Program-made: the position numbers and the translations under genes
Origin: a virus
Virus record (IMG/VR): IMGVR_UViG_3300008110_000322
Location: 4,494-68,493 of that record
Reading direction: 5' to 3' (one strand)
DNA length: 64,000 nt
Notes under the pieces: generated by a model
What the model was told of the DNA's origin: nothing
What the model saw: the letters and a program-made list of their open reading frames with translations, nothing else
The model's database searches: none
Part shown: positions 11,501-22,200 of the stretch, in pieces
How positions within the stretch are numbered: the stretch's first letter is position 1
Layout of the letters: each line of letters opens with the position of its first letter

Positions 11501-14500
11501 GTCGTCAACAATAATAAGATCACTATTAAAAATAGCAAGTACAGTGGCAAGTATCCAGTCAGACAAAAGAATCCTCTAGGTTTTACTTATTTTATTGAAG
11601 AGCCACCAGAAAGAAATTCATATACCTCAAGCAATTCAACTATAAAATATACTACAACTTCACCTAATGCGACCGGAGGTATTTCCTCTATTAAGGTAGT
11701 GTCTCCGGGTGTAGCTTACGACAATCTTCCTATTGTTTCTGTATCTTCTACTACCGGATCTGGTGCTATCCTATTCGCTGCAAGCGAAAACGTTGGATCA
11801 GTTATTAAAGTAGATATTGAGGATATTGGATTTAATTACAGTGCGGATCTAACAGTTCGCCCATATGTTGATTTCCCCTCTAATCTTAAGATTGAGCCAC
11901 TTTCAGCTTTTGATAGAATCGGCATTTCATCAGTAGGTCGCAACTACACCACGGCGCCTGATCTCATTGTTATTGACTCCTTTACTGATCAAATTGTAAC
12001 TGATGTTGAACTTAGTTATGAATTAGGTGATAATGAAGTTACGGTTCTAAAGAACTCTAATGGTTTCTATAATGTCGTACCTCGTATTGTTCCAGTCAAC
12101 AACACTAATGGTATTTCTATTCGGGATATTGAATTTAACGTTGTCAACAAAGACGTTATTGTTACTCTAGGCGCATCATTTAGTGACCCAGATAATTTCC
12201 CATTCAGTGTGGGCGACAAGGTTCTTATTGAAAATGTTTCAGTTGCGCAGACTTCCGGCGTAACTGGATATAATTCAAAAGAATTTAACTATAAACTATT
12301 TGATCTAACCGCTATTGATAGCAATATCTCTGGTATTGCGGTAACTGTCGCATATAATTTAGGAACAACTATAGATTCTACTGAGATCCCAGGAACATTT
12401 GATCCCATTAATTCTTATGGTAGAATCATCCCGGAAAAACAATTCCCGATCTTTGATGTTAGTCTAAAGAAAAATGAATTCTTTACTGGAGAGGTAGTAA
12501 CATCTGGTGATTCTGTTGGTATTGTTGAAAGTTGGGATAAGGTAAATGAGCGACTTAAGGTATCAGGGACGGATGAATTCACCGTTGACACGATCATCAA
12601 GGGACAATCTTCATCCGCTCAAGGTGTTATTAACAGTGTAATAAAGTACAATTCATCTTATAATATCAATCCAACTTCAATCGTTACTAAAGGCTGGATC
12701 ACTGAAACTGGCTTCCTGAGCAATAGCCTGCAAAGACTTGCGGATAATGATTATTATCAATACTTCTCCTATTCCTTAAAATCTGAAGTTGATATTAGCA
12801 ACTGGGATGAAACCGTTGCCAACCTGAATCATACTGCCGGCTTTAAGAGATTTGGCGATCTTCAAGTAATTTCCAAATCTGATTCATTTACTGGCATTGT
12901 CACTTCTCAGGATAATGGATCATTCTCCGCTATTAATGACATTTCAAGTGTTGTTAGCACTAACTGTTTCTACGATTTTGATCTAGTTCGTGAGAACAAT
13001 ATTACTATCTCCGGTGGTCTTTATTCTAATGAAGTAGACTTTAATTCTAGAGTCTTACAAAACTACATTGAATCTATTGGCAATAGAGTTCTTACTATAG
13101 ATGATATCAGCGTTGACTTTAATAATGTTCCTAGAAATGAGGTATTCAGTACCGTAGAGGTTGATAGGCTGACTAGCTTCAGATCCAAGAAGTACATTAC
13201 CCTGGTTCAGGATCGTAGATTTACAGAAGAAAGACAAGCACTGATAGTTGATTTATTACATAATGGAACCTTTGGTTATGTTAATCAATATGCTAGCGTC
13301 GGTACCTATTCTGAACTCGGTACCTTTGATTTCTCTATTACTGGAGATGAGGGAGAATTAGAATTCTTCCCAATAAAAACTGAGGTTAATGATTATAATG
13401 TGAACTATGTTTACTATTCTCTTAATGACGTAGTAACAGGAATTGGAACTACAAACGTTGGTACTGGGTTTATTGTAGAGACCGATTATAGAGAGATTCC
13501 GGTTGGAGTTTCAACTGCCTATCCTATTGTTGGTATTAATTCTCTTTATAATAAGGGTAAAGTTGTTATTCAAGTCTCTAACTTTGAAAATACTTATTTT
13601 GAGTATAATGAGTTTAACTATGTAAACGATGGTACAAATATTACCTTTATTGATTATGGTCAAATGTCTACAGGTACCATATCTGTATACTCTTCTTCCG
13701 GTATTGGCACCTACACAGCAGAGGCGACTGGTTCAACAATCAATGTTCTATTAAAACCAAATGCTGGACTTGCTACAACTTATAAGGTAAGTTCCATCTT
13801 GATTGGCTTAGCGAATACTTCAGTTGTTGGTGTAGGATCTACTCAATTCAGTAATTCTAAGATTGAAACCTTCTCAAAAGTAATACCAGCTTCTGGATCC
13901 CCAGGAATTACTACTATTGCAAATTATGATATTAATACTTATGGTGGTGCTTATTATGTAATTGGTGTGGAAGATCTCACCAACAATAGAATTCAGTTCT
14001 CCGAATTGGTTGTTTGTAGTGGCGTTTCAACCGCCGCGTATGTTGAATATGGTATTATTGAAAGTGCTGCAAGGTTCGGGACTATTGGTGTTAATACTAC
14101 CTCAACTAGTGTTAATGTGGAATTCACTCCTGATCCTAGTATTCAAACTAATGTAAAAGTTTACCAACATGCTATTGGTAATTATGACCCAGCTAAACTA
14201 GATCTAACTCTTGATTTGGTTAATGGATCTATTCAGGAAAGTTATGGATTCTATTATGGCACAGCTAATGCAATCCGTAAGGACTTTGATTTACTGGCAG
14301 ATGGAAGACCAATATTCCAGAAAGTATTCAATCCACAATCTGATATAGACCTTGTTAATAACGTAATTAGAATCCCAGAGCACTTCTTTGTTACTGGAGA
14401 AAAGGTGCTCTATGATGCTAGTATTCTAGGTTCTCCAATTGGCATTGGTACTACAACTGTTATTGGAATTGGTTTAACTAACCTCTTACCATCTACCTTG

Positions 14501-17500
14501 TATATTGTAAAGCAAAATGAGCTTGAAGTAAAAGTAGCAGCATCAGCTTCCGATGCACTTGCTACTATTCCTAGAACTCTAGATTTAGTTTCTATTGGTG
14601 TTGGTACCCAACATAGTTTAACGGCAACCCAGCAGAACTCTAAAGTTTTAATTTCTATTGATAATATTATTCAAGCACCAGTAGTTTCTCTTGCAGTTAC
14701 TACTCTAACTACTAGCCCAATAACATTGTTTGATGACGCTATTGACGTTGCTGATACCACTCAGTTCTTTGGTGCTGATCTCATTCAAATTGATGATGAG
14801 ATCATGCGAATCAGTATTGTTGGATTTGGTAGCACTGGTAGACTATTAGTACAAAGACCATGGTTTGGTACAGAACTGGATACCCATACTACAGGAAGCC
14901 TTGTCAAAAAGGTAGAAGGTGATTATAACATCATCAACAACACTATCAGCTTTATTGAAGCCCCCTATGGATTAACACCACAAGAGAATCCAGATTCACT
15001 ATTTGATCAGGATTATACTGGTATCCAAACTTCAGCTACATTTAGTGGAAGAGTTTTCATTAGATCTGGACAGGAAAACAGTTCATTAGACACCTACTAT
15101 AGTAACTATGTTCTAGATAACCTGTCACCACGGTTTACTGGGATAACTTCTGTCTTTACTCTGCAGCAAGAACAAAATGATCTAGTCGGTATTGCATCTA
15201 ACAATGCAATTGTCCTAGTTAATCAGATTCTACAGCAACCACAAAGAGACTCTCTAATCCCCATTGAGGGAAATTATCAAATCTTTGAGTCCGGTAGTAT
15301 CAGTTCAATCCGATTCAAGGGAGATCAGCCTGCGGGTGACTATGATGTTAATTCCGGTACTCTTCCTAGGGGCGGCATCATCGTTAGCATTGGATCTACT
15401 CAGGGCTATGGTTATCAACCTCTGGTGTCCGCTGGTGGTACTGCAATTGTATCAATTGCTGGAACAATTAATTCAATTGCAATAGGCAATACAGGTAGTG
15501 GATACAGGGCTCAACCGGAATATCAAGTTCAAACTTCAACTGCCGCTACAGTTGGTGTAGGTTCTACAACCATTTTCCTGTCAAACCAGAATAGTGTGTT
15601 CAGGAAGCTAATTCTAGGCAATACTGGCTCTAATTGCACAGTTTCTATTGGAACCTATTTGAATGGAACTATTAATGGAATAACCACTAACTCTGTTACT
15701 ATTACTGGTATTGGAACAACTACAGTTTCAATCCCAAATAATTCCCCAGTTACAGTAACTATCAACAACTCACCAGTTGGCTTTATCAATGTTGGTGTTG
15801 CACTTAGCTCAGTGGGTATTGCTACTGTAACCCATATTGGTATTGCTACAGTTCAGGCAGGCAGGATCAATTCTGTTAATATCACAAACCCTGGAGTCGC
15901 ATACACCACTACAAATCCCCCAGTTGTTGTTTTTGATGCCCCATTATCTTATTCAGATCTTCCTTTACTTTATAGTGCATCTTCACCAGTGGGCATTGGA
16001 ACTGGGGCAAGTGTAAACGTAGTAGTTGGTCAGGGATCAAGTGTCATTAATTTTGAGCTAACAAACTATGGTTATGCATATAATCAAAATGACATTCTTA
16101 CTGTTGCTACAGGCGGCCTCTACGGTATCCCACTTAATAGCTCACTATCTTTCAATGAATTCCAACTCACTGTAGCTAAAACTTATGAAGATGAGTTCTC
16201 TGCATGGGTAGTTGGAGACATTCAAGTAATTGATCCAGTTGATGAGCTATTTGATGGAATTAGGACTTTATTCCCAATTTCTATTGATGGTGAGCGTCTA
16301 ACCATTAGAGCTAAGTCTGGTTCAAGTATTGATGTCCAGTCAACTCTGATCATTACTATTAACGATGTACTTCAGGTCCCAGGTCAGGGCTTTATATTCA
16401 ATGGTGGTAGTACAATTCGTTTCACTGAGCCACCAAAAGCTGGAGATACTTCTAAGATCTTCTTCTATCGCGGCACTACTGATGTTGATACTCGTTTCAC
16501 TGATATCCTTGCCCTAGTCAAAGATGGTGATAGAGTTACTATTAATGATGAGACTGATGCCCTACAGCAGTCAACTAGACTAATCACTGAGATTCTATCA
16601 ACCGACATTGTTGAAACCAACCTTTACAACGGAAATGGTATCTCCGAAGACGTTGATCTTTTAAGGCCCGTTACTATTTGCTATCAAAGAAATGACATGT
16701 TCATTGATGGTGAAGCTGTAACTAAGGATAGAGAAATCTATGACTATAGCTTTGCCCCAAGTCTAAGACTTCTGAATGATCTAGATTCTTCTTCTACTGA
16801 GATTTTTGTTGATAATGCTCGCCCATACTTGAGTTCAGAATTAGATGCTGATAACACCATTTCTCTCGTCTCAGGCAGCACTTGGGTAGGAGCAGCAGCA
16901 ACAGCATCCGTTTCTGTTGCAGGAACTGTTGCCTCTATTATCATCAATGACGGTGGTTCTGGGTACACCACAGCCCCATCCGTGTCAATTTCCTATCCTA
17001 TTGGGTTTGGCTCAACCTTAGCTGCTAGGGCAACTGCTTCCATTAGTTCTGGTATTGTAACTACAATTACCGTAACCAGTCCCGGAAGTTTCTACACTAC
17101 CACCAATCCACCTCAGGTTCTCATTGAAACTCCAGATGTTAAGTCATTTACTTTAGATAATGTGATTTATCAAGGGGATTTTGGGGTTATTACTGGAATT
17201 GCATCTACCTCCATTATCGGTATTGCTACTATTGGTCTTGCTCTTGATCTTTATATTCCAAGGAATTCGTATTTAAGAAATCCTGCTATTGTGGGTACTG
17301 CCATCACCATGAGTGGTATCCAAACTGGCTATTACTTTGTTATTGATAATTCAAACGTTGGTAATTCACCTACGACCTATGATATCAATAACAACGTAAT
17401 TGGTATTGGTAGTACATATCTTGATAACGTTTATCAGGTTGCTCAGGTATCTACTGCCTCAAGCACTATTGCCGGCGTGGGTGTAACCTTTATTAAGAGG

Positions 17501-17626
17501 GTTGTAGTGAGAGTATCCAATAATTCCTTTACTGGAATTGTCACTAATTACTACGGTGACTTTAGTTGGGGTAGAATTACTGGATTTGTTGGTGGGATTC
17601 CTGGCGGCCTTACATCAATTTTATAA
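5531..17626 (+). CDS. g7: giant baseplate wedge protein (gp7-like, 4031 aa) with YHYH-type domain
   Basis: Between g6 and g8; FYRTKGT.SFKILF N-terminal motif; DNDYYQYFSYSLKS..HTAGFK motif; HSPILGWAYDGNPIYGPY...DLDENNGRFCITPEFPNGTYAY domain; repeated GGxGY beta modules. Confidence 0.85.
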   Translation: MSNNRVKISSIVQNLVPEYVKEDYPLAVEFLRQYYRSLDSEGGVLDILQNIDKYVDVDHLTRYNDSTLLTEEVTYSDDVINVVSTVGFPDRWGLIKINDEIISYEKKTESQFINCYRGFSGITSYRSQDNPEELVFEETAVAEHSVDDVVENLNANLLKEFFKKLKTLITPGFEEKDFFTGLNESLFVKQSGDFYRTKGTDSSFKILFGALFGKKVEVIKPKDFLIEPSAAQYRITKDLIVEAIEGDPETLINATLYQDQSDFLNNSSGSITKVEKIIRDNKTYYVISLDYDYNKDITVSGSVFGEFNIHPKTKIVNDVPVNSSVIDVDSTVGFPNSGELSVVLEDGNSFTVTYDSKSVNQFYGCTGVTVQIPAENEISLNVFAYGYFGSSIVKVRITGVISDLVIPKTKYYSKGETVNISNLGYSSIDEVRLENWLYNFSIVYDVKDITLVDASNFSYKVEVFDVPSFNLGDRATIISNTGEINSQVLIEQGSVISFDDKTSFIIGGQGELDLNLTYKIRKNISKANFRNYPFVNVYNTNVHNTYFDPDDSAVYIAAASIPTYNQEQLDTKDGTILIDGFFTGDTLSVGTHYFYTGDSVTYNSFLESSELESGIYFVQRVSANQIKIARSRNDIYNNRFIEFSGQLNGLLTFSSATGDFFVNKSLSTQDIIRKIPASVSKNIEGKKTEPGYIGIFNNGVELLNYKSRDLIYFGGIESVSVTAGGKGYDVVSPPNITVSDEVGFGATVYPAVKGNLTEIQVVDPGFDYIDRPKVVISGGNGKDATAEANLVSFVHNVQFSASSGVNTATNVITTIEDHKFREYEEVFYYSESQTSVGGLVSGNSYFIDVLSANSVKVYPTLNDAVNQTNPIDLTSLGNGNHILRAKNKKNKIQSISIKNSGSDYKNRKCVISSAGINTASNTFNIPDHLFSDKEIITYSTTGTPPTGISTTQEYYVKVVDDNNIRLAGFSSVGNQDSNYVNNIFVDLSDSGSGDHIFNHKPIVVSVIGNVGVSSYSSTDAVAQVQPIFTGEIYSVFVHNQGSDYGSEGIINYNRQPQFLVDTGSTAQVKPIISNGRIVDVIVLNSGSNYTSPPELILEGDGSGATFTPIINSGILESVQVNSTGSGYTAGKTFIEVVARGSGVQFFANVKQWRIDVVSRYINSGLITEDDGIISDSVKDNGSLQYAHAYAPRKLREITLAKKIFDGKIFFNTDIQNDYNTQKYHSPILGWAYDGNPIYGPYAYLSPEGGAITALRSGYELIAAENRPSPSLYPVGFFVEDYAFTNSGDLDENNGRFCITPEFPNGTYAYFATVEIDSIEDAGPFNGYRKPVFPYVIGESFKNTPIDFNFDIASNQRDLDLNDTNWLRNTRYYNLFEENSDYKFLFNPNKVKSQISKVRTINKGNIQNIDIVSGGSGYSVTDKITIDSSNTSGRNARAVISEISGKPVTSISVATSSIENVEVLPYNNSFIGIASLPHNFANNDLVTVTTNYEYKQVQSIGVSTNNLILTSDVSPSSVTGIVTYFNVVGNLSFPRLKENDIYYVGSEQVKILKVDTTSSRIQVERNINGTTGVSTHPAGLNLFERANKLTLNVGILTNYTYKANREYYFEPKESVGVGTTSGIGIAHTLFFANPGVGISSIAIPTRTIYIPGHDINTGDILTYTSNGGTVLSISTNGVASNNLNNGTNVYAAKISNELIGIALEKVGINSQGNFVGLANSNIGLLYFTGIGTGVKHSFKTNYTGNISAKVGKNIVTVVTESDPELRANDIVDVDCKSGITTSVKIQYNDYNRRLVANPIEFTAGSVSIVNNTIGLTNHNLTQGQKIIHTSSSPCGGLVDQKIYYVQFIDSNTIKFTNIPYEEGDSNIEVVNITTASFGTILPVNPPITIFKDSIIEFDLSDPSLSFVQNAVSYSAFDFVFYVDSDLSDKFQSTENSQTFEVQKTGVIGIDGDAKVTLTINGNVPNVLYYNLMPTDLAINEAIKNEIIVDDLVVNNNKITIKNSKYSGKYPVRQKNPLGFTYFIEEPPERNSYTSSNSTIKYTTTSPNATGGISSIKVVSPGVAYDNLPIVSVSSTTGSGAILFAASENVGSVIKVDIEDIGFNYSADLTVRPYVDFPSNLKIEPLSAFDRIGISSVGRNYTTAPDLIVIDSFTDQIVTDVELSYELGDNEVTVLKNSNGFYNVVPRIVPVNNTNGISIRDIEFNVVNKDVIVTLGASFSDPDNFPFSVGDKVLIENVSVAQTSGVTGYNSKEFNYKLFDLTAIDSNISGIAVTVAYNLGTTIDSTEIPGTFDPINSYGRIIPEKQFPIFDVSLKKNEFFTGEVVTSGDSVGIVESWDKVNERLKVSGTDEFTVDTIIKGQSSSAQGVINSVIKYNSSYNINPTSIVTKGWITETGFLSNSLQRLADNDYYQYFSYSLKSEVDISNWDETVANLNHTAGFKRFGDLQVISKSDSFTGIVTSQDNGSFSAINDISSVVSTNCFYDFDLVRENNITISGGLYSNEVDFNSRVLQNYIESIGNRVLTIDDISVDFNNVPRNEVFSTVEVDRLTSFRSKKYITLVQDRRFTEERQALIVDLLHNGTFGYVNQYASVGTYSELGTFDFSITGDEGELEFFPIKTEVNDYNVNYVYYSLNDVVTGIGTTNVGTGFIVETDYREIPVGVSTAYPIVGINSLYNKGKVVIQVSNFENTYFEYNEFNYVNDGTNITFIDYGQMSTGTISVYSSSGIGTYTAEATGSTINVLLKPNAGLATTYKVSSILIGLANTSVVGVGSTQFSNSKIETFSKVIPASGSPGITTIANYDINTYGGAYYVIGVEDLTNNRIQFSELVVCSGVSTAAYVEYGIIESAARFGTIGVNTTSTSVNVEFTPDPSIQTNVKVYQHAIGNYDPAKLDLTLDLVNGSIQESYGFYYGTANAIRKDFDLLADGRPIFQKVFNPQSDIDLVNNVIRIPEHFFVTGEKVLYDASILGSPIGIGTTTVIGIGLTNLLPSTLYIVKQNELEVKVAASASDALATIPRTLDLVSIGVGTQHSLTATQQNSKVLISIDNIIQAPVVSLAVTTLTTSPITLFDDAIDVADTTQFFGADLIQIDDEIMRISIVGFGSTGRLLVQRPWFGTELDTHTTGSLVKKVEGDYNIINNTISFIEAPYGLTPQENPDSLFDQDYTGIQTSATFSGRVFIRSGQENSSLDTYYSNYVLDNLSPRFTGITSVFTLQQEQNDLVGIASNNAIVLVNQILQQPQRDSLIPIEGNYQIFESGSISSIRFKGDQPAGDYDVNSGTLPRGGIIVSIGSTQGYGYQPLVSAGGTAIVSIAGTINSIAIGNTGSGYRAQPEYQVQTSTAATVGVGSTTIFLSNQNSVFRKLILGNTGSNCTVSIGTYLNGTINGITTNSVTITGIGTTTVSIPNNSPVTVTINNSPVGFINVGVALSSVGIATVTHIGIATVQAGRINSVNITNPGVAYTTTNPPVVVFDAPLSYSDLPLLYSASSPVGIGTGASVNVVVGQGSSVINFELTNYGYAYNQNDILTVATGGLYGIPLNSSLSFNEFQLTVAKTYEDEFSAWVVGDIQVIDPVDELFDGIRTLFPISIDGERLTIRAKSGSSIDVQSTLIITINDVLQVPGQGFIFNGGSTIRFTEPPKAGDTSKIFFYRGTTDVDTRFTDILALVKDGDRVTINDETDALQQSTRLITEILSTDIVETNLYNGNGISEDVDLLRPVTICYQRNDMFIDGEAVTKDREIYDYSFAPSLRLLNDLDSSSTEIFVDNARPYLSSELDADNTISLVSGSTWVGAAATASVSVAGTVASIIINDGGSGYTTAPSVSISYPIGFGSTLAARATASISSGIVTTITVTSPGSFYTTTNPPQVLIETPDVKSFTLDNVIYQGDFGVITGIASTSIIGIATIGLALDLYIPRNSYLRNPAIVGTAITMSGIQTGYYFVIDNSNVGNSPTTYDINNNVIGIGSTYLDNVYQVAQVSTASSTIAGVGVTFIKRVVVRVSNNSFTGIVTNYYGDFSWGRITGFVGGIPGGLTSIL

Positions 17627-17640
17627 CTAAAAAATCTAAT

Positions 17641-17647
17641 CTAAATA
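17641..17647 (+). promoter_or_regulatory. late promoter (CTAAATA)
   Basis: Intergenic, 16 nt before the g8 start. Confidence 0.7.
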
Positions 17648-17663
17648 GCTAAAAACTATACAA

Positions 17664-19217
17664 ATGGCGGCAATCATAACGGATCAAATTAGGATATTGA
17701 ATGCAGGTAGATTTGTATCTGGAATTACATCATCTACTGACGTTTTTTATTCTTTTGTTGGTCTAACCAACTCAGATGATCTATCATCCAGTTGGGATAC
17801 CTTCCCATTTGCACCAAAAGATTGTTTTGATGAAGAAAACAACTATTGGGACACCATTGTTGCACTTAAAAAGATTAACCCAGAAGATGTATCTCAAGTA
17901 GTTAGAAAGATTACTTGGGAATCTGGTATTAAGTATGATATGTATAGGCATGATATCAATAGAGATAATCTTGCCCAACCATCTCAAGCCACTTCTCTCT
18001 ATTCTTCAAACTATTACGTAGTTAATAGTGATTTTAGGGTTTATATTTGCCTACAAAATGGCACAGATCCAGAAAACCCTCAAGGTAGACCCTCTCTTGA
18101 TGAGCCTCTTTTTACAGATCTAGAGCCAAGGGCTGCAGGTAATAGTGGAGATGGGTATATTTGGAAGTATCTCTACACCATTAAGCCTTCAGAAGTTGTA
18201 AAATTTGATGGTATCAACTTTATTTCAGTACCAAAGAACTGGAAGACCGATACAACCTATGCCCCGATTAGAAATAATGCTCGGGATGGTGGTCAAATTA
18301 AGGTAATCACTATAAAAGATCGGGGAGTAGGTGTAGGTACTGCCAACAGAGAATATCGTAATGTGCCCATTAAAGGTGATGGCACTGGGGCTGAGGCCAC
18401 GATTATTGTAAATAGCGAGTCTAAAGTAGAAAGTATTACCGTTTCCAAAGGTGGTTCTAACTATACCTTTGGTACTGTAGACCTAGCTTCTGGTAACGTC
18501 CCAGCAGGAACTACAAATCCCGTATTTGATGTTATTATCCCACCTCAAGGTGGTCATGGCGCCGATATTTACCGTGAATTAGGTGCTCAAAATGTTCTCA
18601 TGTACTCACGAATTGAGAACGATACGCAGAATCCCGACTTTATTGTAGGAAATAAGATCGCTAGAGTAGGTGTTGTTTGCAATCCGCTTGCCTATAATTC
18701 AACAGAAGTATTAACTACTGATAAAGTAAGCGCTCTATCTGCTCTAAAGCTTACTGGACCTAATTTTGATACAGCAACTTTTGCCGCAAACAGCTTTATT
18801 ACTCAAACTGTGGGCACTGGAGCTACTGCCGTTGGTCGGGTTGTATCTTATAACACTCAAACTGGTGTTCTCAAGTATTGGCAAGATCGCACTACTGCTG
18901 GTTTTAATACAAGTGGAGAAAAGGTAGCCAATCCCCCTTATGGATTTGATCAAGTTGAGTTTACTTCCTCTCCAGTTTCTGGTGGTAGTTTAACTATTGT
19001 TGGTGAAAGTTCTTCACTAAGTATAGATTCTACTTTTACGGGTATAACTACCTCAATAAATAACAGAACATACTACCTTGGACAGCAATTTAACAATGGA
19101 GTTTCAACTCCAGAAGTAAAGAAATACTCTGGAAGTATAATTCATGTTGACAATAGACCTTCAATCACTAGGTCTCAAAACCAACGGGAAGACATTAAGG
19201 TAATTTTACAGTTTTAA
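17664..19217 (+). CDS. g8: baseplate wedge subunit gp8
   Basis: YDMYRHD, VYICLQNG, DGYIWKYLYTI and NRPSITRSQNQREDIKVILQF motifs. Confidence 0.92.
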   Translation: MAAIITDQIRILNAGRFVSGITSSTDVFYSFVGLTNSDDLSSSWDTFPFAPKDCFDEENNYWDTIVALKKINPEDVSQVVRKITWESGIKYDMYRHDINRDNLAQPSQATSLYSSNYYVVNSDFRVYICLQNGTDPENPQGRPSLDEPLFTDLEPRAAGNSGDGYIWKYLYTIKPSEVVKFDGINFISVPKNWKTDTTYAPIRNNARDGGQIKVITIKDRGVGVGTANREYRNVPIKGDGTGAEATIIVNSESKVESITVSKGGSNYTFGTVDLASGNVPAGTTNPVFDVIIPPQGGHGADIYRELGAQNVLMYSRIENDTQNPDFIVGNKIARVGVVCNPLAYNSTEVLTTDKVSALSALKLTGPNFDTATFAANSFITQTVGTGATAVGRVVSYNTQTGVLKYWQDRTTAGFNTSGEKVANPPYGFDQVEFTSSPVSGGSLTIVGESSSLSIDSTFTGITTSINNRTYYLGQQFNNGVSTPEVKKYSGSIIHVDNRPSITRSQNQREDIKVILQF

Positions 19218-19223
19218 TAAATC

Positions 19224-22200
19224 ATGCCCCAGGAAATCAATCTTAATACTACGCCTTATAATGATGATTTTGACGCTGATAAGGGGTATTATAAGGTACT
19301 GTTTAATCCCAGCAGACCTGTACAGGCAAGAGAGCTAACCACTCTACAATCAATTCTTCAGAATCAGGTAGAGCAATTTGGTAGACATGTTTTCAAGGAA
19401 GGTAGCCTTGTAATCCCTGGTCAATTAAGATATGATAATCCGATTTATTCTGTAGAAATAGAATCCAGCTTTAACGGAGTTCCTGTTTCACTGTACTTAA
19501 ATCAGCTTGTAGGCAAGAAAGTAAGAGGATCCAATAGTGGGGTTACTGCAGAAATTTTCTCTGTTATTACCGATATTGAGTCCGAAAGAAACAATTATAC
19601 CATTTACGTAAAGTTTCTTGAAAGTGGTGGCGCTGACTTTGACACTAAGATTTTCTCTGATGGAGAAACTCTCATTCTTGAAACTCCCCTAACCTATGCC
19701 AATCTTACTCTACAGGCGGGTCAAGGGGTAGTTAACACTATTGGAACTAATGCTGTAGGTAAGGCGTCCTCAGTTTCAATTGCCGAAGGTGTTTATTTTG
19801 TCAGAGGCTACTTTGTTAAGGTTTTCCCTCAGACAATCCTATTAGATCAATATGGAGTCAACCCGTCATATAAGGTCGGGTTTGATGTTATTGAGACTAT
19901 TGTAACTGCAGATGAAGATGCTAGTCTTTACGATAATGCTCAAGAATTTTCTAATTATACTGCCCCTGGTGCAGATCGTCTAAAGATTGATCTTATTCTA
20001 ACTAAAAAGCCACTTGATGACCTAGCTACCGACAGTTTTGTTGAAATCCTAAGGCTTGAAAACGGATCTCCCCAATTCTTTGAGAAGACCCCACAATACA
20101 ACATTATCAGGGACGAGTTAGCAAAAAGAACTTTTGATAGTGATGGTAACTATTTCGTCAAGCCCTTCTCTCTGTTTGTAAGAGATAGTCTGAATGATAG
20201 AGTATTAAACAATGGTATCTACTTTAGTAATCAGACTACCGTAAACGGAAACACCCCTTCTGAAGATCAGATGGTGTATCAAATTGGTCCCGGTAAGGCT
20301 TATGTGAATGGCTATGATGTTGAGACCATTTCTGCAAGACTAATTGACGTACCAAAAACTAGAACTACCAAAACGGTTTCTAATCAAGTAGTTAGCTATA
20401 ACGCAGGTACTCTTTTCAAGATCAACCGTGTTTATGGATCTCCTGTTATCGGACTAGGGACAACTGCTGTTGTCAGTCTGATGGACTCAAGAATAGGAGC
20501 TACTGATCACGTTTCAGTTGGTACTACAATTGGTCTAGCAAGGGTCTATGACTTTATCCCTGAAAGCGATTTTGTTGATGACACAAGTAGAGTAAATCTT
20601 CGCCTGTTTGATATTGAAACTTATACAAATATTGGTTTAAACACTTCCTTTAGCACAACCGTTTCTGAGTCTACCTTTATTAAAGGCCAAAGAAGCAATG
20701 CAACAGGATTTGTTAAGACCTCTGTAGGGGCCGGTACTACTACATTAACTCTTTATGGAGTAGATGGTACTTTCCTTGAGAATGAGTCTGTTATCATTGA
20801 TGGTATAGAGAATGGTAGACTGATTAAGTATGTAAAAGATTACTCATTAGATGATGTAAAATCAGTTTATGCTGTTTCAGGTATTACAACGTTTAATGCC
20901 GATTTACTTCTTGATACAAAATCATACATTGCTAGCCCAGGAACTACTTTCCAGATTACTGGTCGTAATGCTGGAATTTCTACTGTATCTGCTGGTCTTC
21001 AGAATACCTTTAACACTGTAATCAAGCCCGGCGATATTATTTCATATACTGGGACCAATTATGCAACCGATCCTGTATATAACAGAGTAGTTTCTGTTAG
21101 TCTAGGTGGAACTAATTTTACTATTGCCGGCATTACGACTGTCCCAGGTGTTTGTGATGGTGTTCTTCCTGCTAGCACTATTGAAGTCAATAATGTCATT
21201 AGAATTTCACCAACTGTATTTTCTCAGAATTCAAGCCTATTAACTGAACTTCCTGCTGCTAATATTGTAAGCCTAAATCTAGAGAACAATGTAGTAACCC
21301 AACGCAGACTGTTTGCTAATAATACAGTAACCGGATCTACCGTTTCTATCACCATTGATGCCGCAGACACTGATGTATTCTTTAGTTCCTTTGATGAAGA
21401 TCGTTTTGTCATTACTTATGCTGATGGTTCTATTGAGCCCATGCGCGAGGACAAGTACAGTCTATCCGCTAACGGAAAGATCCTGACCTTCTATGGTCTC
21501 ACCAAGGCAACTGGAACTTGTAATATCATTGCTACCGTAGATAACCTGAAGCCTAATTCAAAGCAGAAGAAATTCAATAAAGTTTCCACCCTTACTATTT
21601 CAAATAGCAAGTTAGCAGCTTCTGGTATTGGAACTACTACCTTAAATGATGGCTTAACCTATAGCACCGTATATGGCACAAGAGTTCAGGATGAAGAAAT
21701 TTGTCTGAATGTTCCTGATGTTGTTAGGGTTCTTGCAGTATATGAATCTTATGATACTTCTGCGCCTTCACTTCCATATCTACAGCTTAATTCCTTCTCT
21801 GGCACTACCAACAGTATCCTAGACTTTGTTGTAGGTGAGCAGATCGTAGGCAGTAACTCAGGTGCTGTGGCAATTATTGTTGCTAGAAAGGATTCTAATA
21901 AACTAGAATATGTTTATCTTAACACTTTCCAGTTTATTGAAAACGAAGCCATTGTTGGTTCTGAGTCTGCTACTGTTGCTAATATTGAGCTTAAGTCTCC
22001 TAGCAGCAAGAACGTAACACAGAATTACCTCTTTGATAACGGCCAAAGAGACACGTTCTATGATTATAGTAGAATTATCAGAAAGAAGAATATTACAGAA
22101 CCAACTAAATCACTGAGAATTGTCTTCCAAAGTTACGAAATTAGTTCTACGGATACTGGCGAATTTGTAACGGCAAATAGCTATACTGCGGCTGATTTCA

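Noticed and set aside
7796-18953. Short alternative-frame and antisense ORFs inside g7 and g8 (and similar ones in other core genes)
   Set aside because: Fully nested 60-110 aa frames with no motifs, as expected by chance
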